The notes under the pieces: model-generated
Told to the model about the DNA's origin: nothing
The model's input: only the letters and a program-made list of their open reading frames with translations
Database searches by the model: none
Shown: piece by piece, positions 54,051 to 64,000 of the stretch
How positions within the stretch are numbered: position 1 is the first letter of the stretch
How the letters are laid out: each line of letters starts with the position of its first letter
Origin: Antedon mediterranea
Lineage: Eukaryota > Animalia > Echinodermata
Direction: 5' to 3'
Assembly (NCBI RefSeq): GCF_964355755.1
Contig: NC_092676.1
Span: forward strand, 7,727,888 to 7,791,887
Length of the DNA stretch: 64,000 nucleotides
Translations under genes and position numbers: made by a program

Positions 54051-56570
54051 TTAGACATTTTGCATTGCTGCAACAATGATGCTGTCACCAACAGAACAGT
54101 CACTCTCTAACAGTAAGGTAGTGCCATCTGTGGATTGCATTATCACATGCTGGTTATTGGCAATGACATCACCAGAGTCCACTATCACATGCTGGTTATT
54201 GGCAATGACATCACCAGATTCCACTATCACTTGTTGGTTATCGGCAATGATGTCACCAGATTCCACTATCACATGCCGGTTATCGGCAATGATGTCACCA
54301 GATTCCACTATCACTTGTTGGTTATTGGCAATGACATCACCAGATTCCATTATCACATGCTGGTTATTAGCAATCATGTCACCAGATTCCACTATCACAT
54401 GCTGGTTATTGGCAATGATGTCACCAGATTCCACTATCACTTGTTGGTTATCGGCAATGATGTCACCAGATTCCACTATCACTTGTTGGTTATTGGCAAT
54501 GATGTCGCCAGATTCCACTATCACTTGTTGGTTATTGGCAATGACATCACCAGATTCCATTATCACATGCTGGTTATTGGCAATCATGTCACCAGATTCC
54601 ACTATCACTTGCTGGTTATTGGCAATGACATCACCAGATTCCACTATCACATGCTGGTTATCGGCAATGACATCACCAGATTCCACTATCACTTGTTGGT
54701 TATTGGCAATGACGTCACCAGATTCCACTATCACTTGCCGGTTATTGGCAATGACATCACCAGATTCCACTATCACATGCTGGTTATTGGCAATGATGTC
54801 ACCAGATTCCACTATCACTTGCTGGTTATTGGCAATGACATCACCAGATTCCACTATCATGTGTTGTTCATTATTTCCATCGATAGTAATACACTCATCA
54901 GCAGTCTGTAGAACCACATGCTGCTGCTGACCATCCGGTCCTTCTTGGACAAACACAGTTGGACCGTCTCCTTCCATTATTATCTGCTGACTACTGACTT
55001 TACCATTCTCGGAGACTGTCTGTAAATAAACCTGCTGCCCTGCCTCCAGGTTTTCTTTGTGTTGAACTACAATAGTCTGCCCATTTGATAAATAAATTTG
55101 GTGGTTGTCTTGCAGCATTGCTTGGTCCGTTTGTTGTACCTGACCTGGTTGACTATCTTCATTACCAACTGGTGGCTGTGACGATTTCTGCTGGCCATCT
55201 TCACACACCTGTACAATGTCTTTTACAGACAGTGTAGCGTCCTGGCAATCTTTTGATAATTGTTGGCACTGGTTGTCAGAATGGTTGTCCTCTTGTTCTT
55301 TCTCTGGAGGCACTGCATTAGATTCACTCTGTACTAATTCATTGACAGCCTCTTCCGACTCTGTCAAAACCATAACACTTTTTTTAGGAACTTGTGAAAG
55401 GGCAGTTTTAGCAATTGCATCTGATAGTGGCAACTTTTTCTTCACATTCTCTGACACAACAGGTTCACAAGTGGTGACTACCATCTCTCCTTCTTGTTCA
55501 TGGACATGGACAACCAAATGCACACCCTCTTTTGCTTCCTTTCTGGCTTTCTTTACCAAATTTCTAGCCGATATAATTGGTTGATCTATACATAATTGTG
55601 ATTCCTTTCTACGGTTACTTATCAGCGGTACTGCATTTTCTATTGATTCACCTTCTTTTTCTTTGTTCTCCACATGTTCTATAACTTTTTTAACAAATTC
55701 TATTTTATTTTTTCCAGGTTTATTCTGAATACAAGTGTTCCTTTTAGCCACATCTTTCACTAGTGGTTTCACAATGTAGTTCACGGTAAACCCAACCTCT
55801 CCATCATGAGTTCTTTGATGTTCTTTTAAAATATCCAGTAAAGCAAATGTTTTTTGACACATTAAGCAAGTGTAAACTTCCATGGGTTGGTTGTGAACCC
55901 TCACCATATGTTCCTTAAGGGGTTTCACTCTTAAAAATCGCCTATGACAAATGTTGCACTCCAGCGTTTGTAATGTATGCCATCGACTGTGAATTCGGAA
56001 CTCTGCAATATTTTGAAACTCTTGCTTACAAAAATCACAAGCATAAGAGCCGTGTGTTTTTTGGTGAGTCCTGAACTCTTTGTACGAATTGAGTATTTCT
56101 TGACAAAGATCACAGCAGAGTTCTTTTTCTGCAGTGCAGATGTACTGATGGCACATTATACTGGATCTCGAAAGGAACGTTTTCAGACAGGCATCACATT
56201 CATACTCCTCAGAGGTAAGTTCTTCTGTAGAAAAATTGCCATCACCTTGATCACTTCGGTATCTATATGGACGTTTTAAAGTTCTTCCAGACCTACTACT
56301 AGTTTGTGAACTAGGCTTACTACTATATTTTTTTGGGCTATCCTGTTGTACTGCTGATGACTCTTTGGTCACTATTTTTCGTGGCCGTCCCCTTTTTCGT
56401 TTAATCTTAGAATCTTTATTTGGTCGCTCATAATTATCAGTGGTAGTAATAGACCACCTAGGCCTACAGTCCTGTGATGGTAAACTATTCGATAGGCCTA
56501 CATCTTTATTTTGTTGTGCTTGTCTTATTTGCAGAGTTATGTCAGAAATTTTGTCCATGTTTGTGAACAT
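54051..56570 (-). CDS. AT-hook plus C2H2 zinc-finger protein with C-terminal 14-aa tandem repeats (839 aa, single coding exon)
   Basis: Long ORF with KRGRPRK AT-hook and about 5 zinc fingers (CDAC.., CDLC..HQKTH, CDFC..HSRWH, CNIC..HMVRVH, CLMC..HQRTH). A splice acceptor (tttcag, AG at 56588-56587) lies just upstream of the ATG, implying a non-coding first exon near 57023-57100. Confidence 0.88.
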   Translation of the reverse strand: MFTNMDKISDITLQIRQAQQNKDVGLSNSLPSQDCRPRWSITTTDNYERPNKDSKIKRKRGRPRKIVTKESSAVQQDSPKKYSSKPSSQTSSRSGRTLKRPYRYRSDQGDGNFSTEELTSEEYECDACLKTFLSRSSIMCHQYICTAEKELCCDLCQEILNSYKEFRTHQKTHGSYACDFCKQEFQNIAEFRIHSRWHTLQTLECNICHRRFLRVKPLKEHMVRVHNQPMEVYTCLMCQKTFALLDILKEHQRTHDGEVGFTVNYIVKPLVKDVAKRNTCIQNKPGKNKIEFVKKVIEHVENKEKEGESIENAVPLISNRRKESQLCIDQPIISARNLVKKARKEAKEGVHLVVHVHEQEGEMVVTTCEPVVSENVKKKLPLSDAIAKTALSQVPKKSVMVLTESEEAVNELVQSESNAVPPEKEQEDNHSDNQCQQLSKDCQDATLSVKDIVQVCEDGQQKSSQPPVGNEDSQPGQVQQTDQAMLQDNHQIYLSNGQTIVVQHKENLEAGQQVYLQTVSENGKVSSQQIIMEGDGPTVFVQEGPDGQQQHVVLQTADECITIDGNNEQHMIVESGDVIANNQQVIVESGDIIANNQHVIVESGDVIANNRQVIVESGDVIANNQQVIVESGDVIADNQHVIVESGDVIANNQQVIVESGDMIANNQHVIMESGDVIANNQQVIVESGDIIANNQQVIVESGDIIADNQQVIVESGDIIANNQHVIVESGDMIANNQHVIMESGDVIANNQQVIVESGDIIADNRHVIVESGDIIADNQQVIVESGDVIANNQHVIVDSGDVIANNQHVIMQSTDGTTLLLESDCSVGDSIIVAAMQNV
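54144..54857 (-). repeat. Coding 42-bp tandem repeat, 17 copies (IVESGD[VIM]IA[ND]N[QR][QH]V)
   Basis: Directly visible in the DNA and in the translation of ORF 54051..56570. Confidence 0.97.
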
Positions 56571-58722
56571 TTGTTGTGATTTTAGTCTGAAACAAATAAA
56601 AAATTGAAGTTAAAACATCTATTGTTTTGAAATTAAATACTAAATAGGCCTAGGCCTAGGGCATAATTAATAAATACGTGATATTACCTGCTAACTGTAG
56701 GAAATATAACAGGACAGTGGCCACAGGCAGTGCTACTGCAGTTTCGCACCTAAAACTGGGCATAAGACTTCACGGTCACTCACCATCACCGCCAGGCAGC
56801 GGGTGAATGCTTTTAAATTGGGTAGGCCTAGGTAAGCTCGAGAGAGTGATGCGAAAGTGCATTATTTAAAGCCAGGTCTAGCTAGGTTAGGGCCTAGGCC
56901 TTATATCAAATAGCTAAGCTAGGCCTAGTGGCCCTATATTAAATAGCTAAGCTAGGCCTAGTAGTAGAATAAGTACCCTACGCAGCCGTTTTTCATATCG
57001 TATTTTAAAATTTTAATTGTACCTTGGCTCCTAGGCCCACTCTGATCTGGTTGACTATAGCTGAGACGCTTCCCGCTCGGCGCTGCTGCACAGTATAATC
57101 ATAATAGCATTGATAAACAACCCAAGAAAACGCCCTCAATATTTTGAGGCATCACAATTATAATATTATATTTAAAAAAATTTGTCTATTTTAAAAAATA
57201 TTTATATTTAAGCCTATCATATATACCGCATATGATTGACAAGTTTATTGGCTTTAAGAGTGTCAATCAAAGAATGTTTTATATGGAAAAAAAAAGAAGA
57301 GTTTTTTAATTAATACAGTAGTTCAGTTAATTGAAATAGTTTTTGATATTAATTACTGTATTAATTTCCGAATTGAAGATAAATTGTCCCCCTGAAATAT
57401 ATTTAATTTTAATTAATTTTCACTTTGACCAAAAATTGGATCTAAAATATGTTTTACCTGAAAAAAAAATTGTCAAATTGGCTGCCAGCCAATGGTGTTT
57501 GGTTGAATTTAAGATTCAAGAAATGTTATTTGTCCACAATATAAATTCATTTCGCTTGCGGCATAATAAGACACAAACAAGGCTGTTTTTAGAATCTGTA
57601 ATGTTAAAAAATCATCAACAAAAACAAAACTAGACCAATATTAATTGTCACCATACTAATATAACATAACTTAATACCCAATGATTTTAAATCAATCTTT
57701 ATTACCAATATCATAAGCATAAATATTTATATAAAATATGTACGGATGCTAAAACAATATTCACAAAGTTTACAAATTATGAGCCTATACATTTTTGAAA
57801 GCACATAAAAACTACTATATTTGCAATACACTTTAGTATTTAATTTAAAAAGCATATTTCAATTTTTGCAAAACATTATAAACTGAAATTTCTATACAAT
57901 AATTGGAGTTGCTTGCACAATAAACAAATATTATTTATAAAAAAGATATTTTTAAAACATCATGTTATTTTTGATAAACTACTGAATAATCAAGGTCATA
58001 CAAAAAATAGGTATTTTCTCATATCTCAGATTTAACCATAATTTTGGTAGTGAATTCAATCTGTATATATTAGTAGGCATAACATTAATAACTCTTCTTT
58101 AGAAAACAACATCTGTCTACATTATCAAACTAGTTTGACAACAAAAGTGTGGTGTGACCAAATATGTAGTGATATGACATCATCATGTCCATATATGAGC
58201 ACATCAAATTTGTCACATGTTTGATAGTGTAGACAGAGCTTTAGTCACTCGCGAAGTGAAGTTGAATAACCCCAATAGTGTTAATATACTGTATATTACA
58301 TCACATTTTGAATAAGGGTATCGCAGTTTATTCAAATTCATTAGAATCCTAAAATATATTAATAGAACCATTTTTTTTTTAATTGCATAAACATAACTTG
58401 TTTGCTTAGGTGCAAACCACACAAAAACTGTAATAACCAGTGTGGACAGCAGTTATAAATTTTGTTTACAAAAATTCTACAAAGATATACAAAAAATATA
58501 TACACATTATATCAGTTTAGGTTTTGTTTACATAGGCAAGATGTATTTGATAATACAAATAAAAAACACACATTATTTATCAAATATTTTGAAATATATA
58601 AAGTATTTTTTTCATAATTCAATTTTCATAATTTAAACTGATAGACTATATATTATAAATTATGTTAATTAAATGCATATAAAATCAAGATTTTATGTTT
58701 TAATTGCAATTTTTCTATTGTA

Positions 58723-61560
58723 TTAGTATCCAAATGTTGAGAAGGGACGTCTGGTAGAGGAACCAAAGTCTGACGTCAGTATTCTACCTGTGTTGATAGT
58801 GTTATTCAAGGTATTTGTATTGGAACCACTCTTTGATGGCTGACTTTTGGCGACATCTCCAGATGGCTCTGGTTTGGATCCTGTTTCACTTGATAAGAAC
58901 TCTTTCATGAGGGAAACGTCCAGCGGGTTCCGACGCCTGTTACCACTTCCTCCGGAATGTGTCGTGGAAGATGAAGAGATGGAAGGATTTGGACTGTGAA
59001 GAGTCGAGGAATGATTTTGTGGAATATCAAGTTGATTTAAAGATGGCACTCTGTGATTTGGAAGAACTTCTTGTTGAGGTTGTGGGTATCGTTTGTAAGA
59101 CGAGCCATCGGACTGCCTAGATTGTTGCATGTTTGATGTTTGTAAAACAGGTGTTGACATTTGTTGTTTAGCATAAAGATCAGGTTGACTAGAATACTGT
59201 GCTGGTTTTACCACCTTGCGTGAGCTGTGAGGTCCTGCTTGATTTCTCTCGGTATCCGTTTGGAATGATTTGGATTTGGTCATTTGAGCATTTTCCGAGT
59301 CTGATACATTCCTTGGTGGTGCTTGTTGCGTAGGCAATGCATTCCGTGAGTAAATGTTACCATTCATGTTTGTGACTACAAGTGGCTGACCAGATGTGTT
59401 GACTATACGAGGATGAAATGCAGCAGAAGACCTCTCTGAAGTAGGGGGTTTTGTACTCACATGATTGGGAATGCTTGCAGTCTTTAACGGTGGTACAGAT
59501 ACGGCATGTGAATAATTGGAAGATTTGCGATAAGAAGGCGATTGTTCACGTCGATAAGGTTCATTAGTTGCACTATGAACAGACTGTGAAGATTCTGTTG
59601 TAGGCTTATCACCTATAGTCTTACGAGGCCCATTTTCTATAACATGTGAATTATGGATTTGCCGATTTGTATTCAGGAGTCCTTTGGAATGTGAAATTGG
59701 CGAGTTAATTTGTTGTTTCCCTTTAAGATCATACTGACTAGTATCAATATATAAACGTTTTGTTGTGCTGCCCATACTTGGAGCAACATTATATTGAGGT
59801 GGTCTTCCATTTGGAGTATGTGAATTAATCGTATGATCCTTATTGTATGTCTCAATATCAGAATGTTTAGACAACAAAGGAGCATTTCCTCTTGTGTTTG
59901 TGATTGGTAAATTACTACTTGTGTCCTTTCTATTGATTTGAGACACAACACTGTGTCCACTTGTATCTCTACTAGAAACAGGCGACATAGCACTGTTTCT
60001 TTTTACATTTGTCATTTGAGAAACATTGTTTATTCTGTTTGTTTCTCTATTTGTGACTGGAGACACAGAATTGTGTCCTCTTGTTTCTGTCCTTGACATT
60101 GGAGAAAAACTTTGGTGTCCTCTTGTTTCGGTGTTCCTTGGGGACACATGGCTGTATCCATTTGGTATTGCTTTTAAGTTAACATTTTGCTGAGGACTGC
60201 TCTGACCAGCAGAACCAATACCAGAACTCATAGAAATCTGGTCATCTTCCAACAATGGCCGATGTCTATCTTCAATCAAGTGATTCCTATTTAACTCTAA
60301 GCCGCTATCAGGGCTAACACCATTGACCATTAAAGGTCGCGATGGCGACACCGATTTAGCACGTAGTTCAATCTGTTCTGATCCATTCATTATCACATCA
60401 GATTTTCTTGCAGCCTGCCGACTCTTACGGTCACGACTGGTCGCTTGAACTTTCTGATATGCTGGTGACATTGACCTCGACCTTACGTTATCTTTATTGA
60501 TTTCAAGTTCGCTTTTACTATTAACAATAACAGGATTATTTACCTCTGGCTCTCGCTTTGGAGACAAACTCCTACTTCTCTGGTAAGAGTTTGTGTTCTT
60601 AGGCGATGTAGGCCTTTTTGCTGGAGCCTCATTGTGTGGGATGGTTGCTGTCCCTGAGCTTTTGCCCATCACAAGTTTATCAGCTTTTTCTCCATCAATA
60701 AACTCTTTATGTACTTCAATTTCAACTGTTTGCTGGTGCTTTTTAACTCTATCTAGTTTATCTTGTTTCCACACAGCTTTTGTGAAGCTATTAGTTCGAG
60801 TCTTTGGCACAGCGCCAGTGTGTACATATAATGATGTCAGTTTGCTATCTTTATTTGGTTCATTGAACTGATTTAAAGGCCTTTCAGTATTGCGAGATGT
60901 TTGTTTATTTTTTCCTATATGCACATAGTCTTTACTATAAGGTTTATTAACATTTTGTGAAGTCCTGTTCTTAAGTAGTACATCCTCAACAATCAAGGCG
61001 TTGCTGTGTGCTGATTTGTAACTCCTCCTACGTTCAGGAGATGTCATACCTTTTGATTTATCAGTATATTTAAAGTTATCAAGGTGTTGGGTAGTTCGAT
61101 TTTGGTTATGATCATGAAGAAACGGGCTCAAAGCACCCTCTCTTTCTAGAACACTATTCATAGTCGATTGAGTCTGTACATAACCGGAATCATCCGTTTT
61201 ACATAAAGAACTACCGCATGCTGTTTCATCAGCTTGCATTTCGTTCACAACCCATTCTTTTAATTCCTCTTTAACATGTCCCATACGGTCTACATGCGTC
61301 TCTTCCCAGTCGGCTCGCTCAATTGTAGCACGGTGATGCAAACGATGCAAGCATTCCGTTTGTTCCGCATGGATACGTTCCTTGCAGAGTTTATCAAGGC
61401 ATTCTCCTTGATGCTCCATCTTTTTTTCAAGGTTGCCAATTTTACGATCTAATTTGTTATGACTATGTTCAATTTCGTGTATCATAACTTCTCTATTTGC
61501 GTCAACCTTGTTCTGTATCTGAAGAAGTTGCGGAGTGCAGTTGCAACCAACAGATGATTT
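58723..61560 (-). CDS. ANKRD6: Terminal exon of an ANKRD6/Diversin(Diego)-like protein; upstream exons lie beyond the window
   Basis: Acceptor tttcag at 61561-61566, then about 945 codons. The start, CNCTPQL...LEKKMEHQGECLDKLCKERIHAEQTECLHRL...EELKEWV, resembles the recalled ANKRD6 coiled-coil ([20 protein letters not shown]...DELKTWC). The rest is S/N/P/Q-rich low complexity. Ankyrin repeats are not visible here. Confidence 0.75.
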   Translation of the reverse strand, partial: KSSVGCNCTPQLLQIQNKVDANREVMIHEIEHSHNKLDRKIGNLEKKMEHQGECLDKLCKERIHAEQTECLHRLHHRATIERADWEETHVDRMGHVKEELKEWVVNEMQADETACGSSLCKTDDSGYVQTQSTMNSVLEREGALSPFLHDHNQNRTTQHLDNFKYTDKSKGMTSPERRRSYKSAHSNALIVEDVLLKNRTSQNVNKPYSKDYVHIGKNKQTSRNTERPLNQFNEPNKDSKLTSLYVHTGAVPKTRTNSFTKAVWKQDKLDRVKKHQQTVEIEVHKEFIDGEKADKLVMGKSSGTATIPHNEAPAKRPTSPKNTNSYQRSRSLSPKREPEVNNPVIVNSKSELEINKDNVRSRSMSPAYQKVQATSRDRKSRQAARKSDVIMNGSEQIELRAKSVSPSRPLMVNGVSPDSGLELNRNHLIEDRHRPLLEDDQISMSSGIGSAGQSSPQQNVNLKAIPNGYSHVSPRNTETRGHQSFSPMSRTETRGHNSVSPVTNRETNRINNVSQMTNVKRNSAMSPVSSRDTSGHSVVSQINRKDTSSNLPITNTRGNAPLLSKHSDIETYNKDHTINSHTPNGRPPQYNVAPSMGSTTKRLYIDTSQYDLKGKQQINSPISHSKGLLNTNRQIHNSHVIENGPRKTIGDKPTTESSQSVHSATNEPYRREQSPSYRKSSNYSHAVSVPPLKTASIPNHVSTKPPTSERSSAAFHPRIVNTSGQPLVVTNMNGNIYSRNALPTQQAPPRNVSDSENAQMTKSKSFQTDTERNQAGPHSSRKVVKPAQYSSQPDLYAKQQMSTPVLQTSNMQQSRQSDGSSYKRYPQPQQEVLPNHRVPSLNQLDIPQNHSSTLHSPNPSISSSSTTHSGGSGNRRRNPLDVSLMKEFLSSETGSKPEPSGDVAKSQPSKSGSNTNTLNNTINTGRILTSDFGSSTRRPFSTFGY

Positions 61561-61707
61561 CTGAAATTTAAAAAAAAGCATTTCTATAACTTGACTTATT
61601 GATTGACTTTATTTCAGAAAAACAAATTCCATATCCAAAAATTAAAATGAAAAAGAAATGAAAATCACATTCAAATTTTGTTTTAATTTAGTTATTTCAA
61701 CAGCATT

Positions 61708-64000
61708 TTACAAGGGTGGTCCATCCAGTCAGTGCTGATCATTGGGGACCCATTACAAGGGTGGTCCATCCAGTCAGTGCTGATCATTGGGGACCCATTA
61801 CAAGGGTGGTCCATCCAGTCGGTGCTGATCATTGGGGACCCATTACAAGGGTGGTCCATCCAGTCAGTGCTGATCATTGGGGACCCATTACAAGGGTGGT
61901 CCATCCAGTCAGTGCTGATCATTGGGGACCCATTACAAGGGTGGTCCATCCAGTCAGTGCTGATCATTGGGGACCCATTACAAGGGTGGTCCATCCAGTC
62001 GGTGCTGATCATTGGGGACCCATTACAAGGGTGGTCCATCCAGTCAGTGCTGATCATTGGGGACCCATTACAAGGGTGGTCCATCCAGTCGGTGCTGATC
62101 ATTGGGGACCCATTACAAGGGTGGTCCATCCAGTCAGTGCTGATCATTGGGGACCCATTACAAGGGTGGTCCATCCAGTCGGTGCTGATCATTGGGGACC
62201 CATTACAAGGGTGGTCCATCCAGTCAGTGCTGATCATTGGGGACCCATTACAAGGGTGGTCCATCCAGTCGGTGCTGATCATTGGGGACCCATTACAAGG
62301 GTGGTCCATCCAGTCGGTGCTGATCATTGGGGACCCATTACAAGGGTGGTCCATCCAGTCGGTGCTGATCATTGGGGACCCATTACAAGGGTGGTCCATC
62401 CAGTCGGTGCTGATCATTGGGGACCCATTACAAGGGTGGTCCATCCAGTCAGTGCTGATCATTGGGGACCCATTACAAGGGTGGTCCATCCAGTCAGTGC
62501 TGATCATTGGGGACCCATTACAAGGGTGGTCCATCCAGTCGGTGCTGATCATTGGGGACCCATTACAAGGGTGGTCCATCCAGTCAGTGCTGATCATTGG
62601 GGACCCATTACAAGGGTGGTCCATCCAGTCAGTGCTGATCATTGGGGACCCATTACAAGGGTGGTCCATCCAGTCAGTGCTGATCATTGGGGACCCATTA
62701 CAAGGGTGGTCCATCCAGTCGGTGCTGATCATTGGGGACCCATTACAAGGGTGGTCCATCCAGTCAGTGCTGATCATTGGGGACCCATTACAAGGGTGGT
62801 CCATCCAGTCGGTGCTGATCATTGGGGACCCATTACAAGGGTGGTCCATCCAGTCAGTGCTGATCATTGGGGACCCATTACAAGGGTGGTCCATCCAGTC
62901 GGTGCTGATCATTGGGGACCCATTACAAGGGTGGTCCATCCAGTCGGTGCTGATCATTGGGGACCCATTACAAGGGTGGTCCATCCAGTCGGTGCTGATC
63001 ATTGGGGACCCATTACAAGGGTGGTCCATCCAGTCGGTGCTGATCATTGGGGACCCATTACAAGGGTGGTCCATCCAGTCGGGGCTGATCATTGGGGACC
63101 CATTACAAGGGTGGTCCATCCAGTCGGTGCTGATCATTGGGGACCCATTACAAGGGTGGTCCATCCAGTCGGTGCTGATCAATGGGGACCCATTACAAGG
63201 GTGGTCCATCCAGTCGGTGCTGATCATTGGGGACCCATTACAAGGGTGGTCCATCCAGTCGGTGCTGATCATTGGGGACCCATTACAAGGGTGGTCCATC
63301 CAGTCGGTGCTGATCATTGGGGACCCATTACAAGGGTGGTCCATCCAGTCGGTGCTGATCATTGGGGACCCATTACAAGGGTGGTCCATCCAGTCGGTGC
63401 TGATCATTGGGGACCCATTACAAGGGTGGTCCATCCAGTCGGTGCTGATCATTGGGGACCCATTACAAGGGTGGTCCATCCAGTCGGTGCTGATCATTGG
63501 GGACCCATTACAAGGGTGGTCCATCCAGTCGGTGCTGATCATTGGGGACCCATTACAAGGGTGGTCCATCCAGTCGGTGCTGATCATTGGGGACCCATTA
63601 CAAGGGTGGTCCATCCAGTCAGTGCTGATCATTGGGGACCCATTACAAGGGTGGTCCATCCAGTCGGTGCTGATCATTGGGGACCCATTACAAGGGTGGT
63701 CCATCCAGTCGGTGCTGATCATTGGGGACCCATTACAAGGGTGGTCCATCCAGTCGGGGCTGATCATTGGGGACCCATTACAAGGGTGGTCCATCCAGTC
63801 AGTGCTGATCATTGGGGACCCATTACAAGGGTGGTCCATCCAGTCGGGGCTGATCATTGGGGACCCATTACAAGGGTGGTCCATCCAGTCAGTGCTGATC
63901 ATTGGGGACCCATTACAAGGGTGGTCCATCCAGTCAGTGCTGATCATTGGGGACCCATTACAAGGGTGGTCCATCCAGTCGGTGCTGATCATTGGGGACC
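61708..64000. repeat. 45-bp minisatellite, about 51 near-identical copies, truncated by the window edge
   Basis: Unit ttacaagggtggtccatccagtc[a/g]gtgctgatcattggggaccca; the text lines repeat every 180 nt (4 units). Confidence 0.99.

Noticed and set aside
54076-54930. Plus-strand ORFs of 284 aa and 258 aa
   Set aside because: Antisense shadows of the coding 42-bp repeat in the zinc-finger gene.
61708-64000. CRISPR-like or hammerhead/retrozyme array
   Set aside because: No unique spacers; the unit has CTGATCA rather than CTGANGA and no GAAA core.

Overview
AT-rich, intron-rich eukaryotic (metazoan, probably invertebrate; an echinoderm-like deuterostome is only a guess) genomic DNA. I reconstructed eight protein-coding genes by hand from GT-AG junctions and reading phase: LDLRAP1/ARH (-, 9 coding exons incl. 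a 38-nt microexon), a PEBP/RKIP-family gene (-), a C5orf22/UPF0489 homolog (+), NOP9 (-), mitochondrial thiolase ACAT1 (-), a macro-domain gene of a bacterial/fungal-like 'SPANSFGFMDGG' type (+), an AT-hook/C2H2 zinc-finger gene ending in 17 x 14-aa repeats (-), and the large terminal exon of an ANKRD6/Diversin-like gene (-). Introns and intergenic DNA hold many non-autonomous DNA transposons (piggyBac-, hAT-, P-, Harbinger- and Kolobok-like by termini/TSDs), tRNA-derived SINEs and minisatellites; the window ends in a 45-bp array of about 51 copies. The best leads are the macro-domain gene, an unclassified two-copy repeat with conserved hairpins, a perfect 53-bp inverted repeat flanking a C5orf22 exon, TAGGCCTA tracts at gene 5' ends, and the zinc-finger repeat tail. 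All family assignments come from recalled motifs, not database searches.
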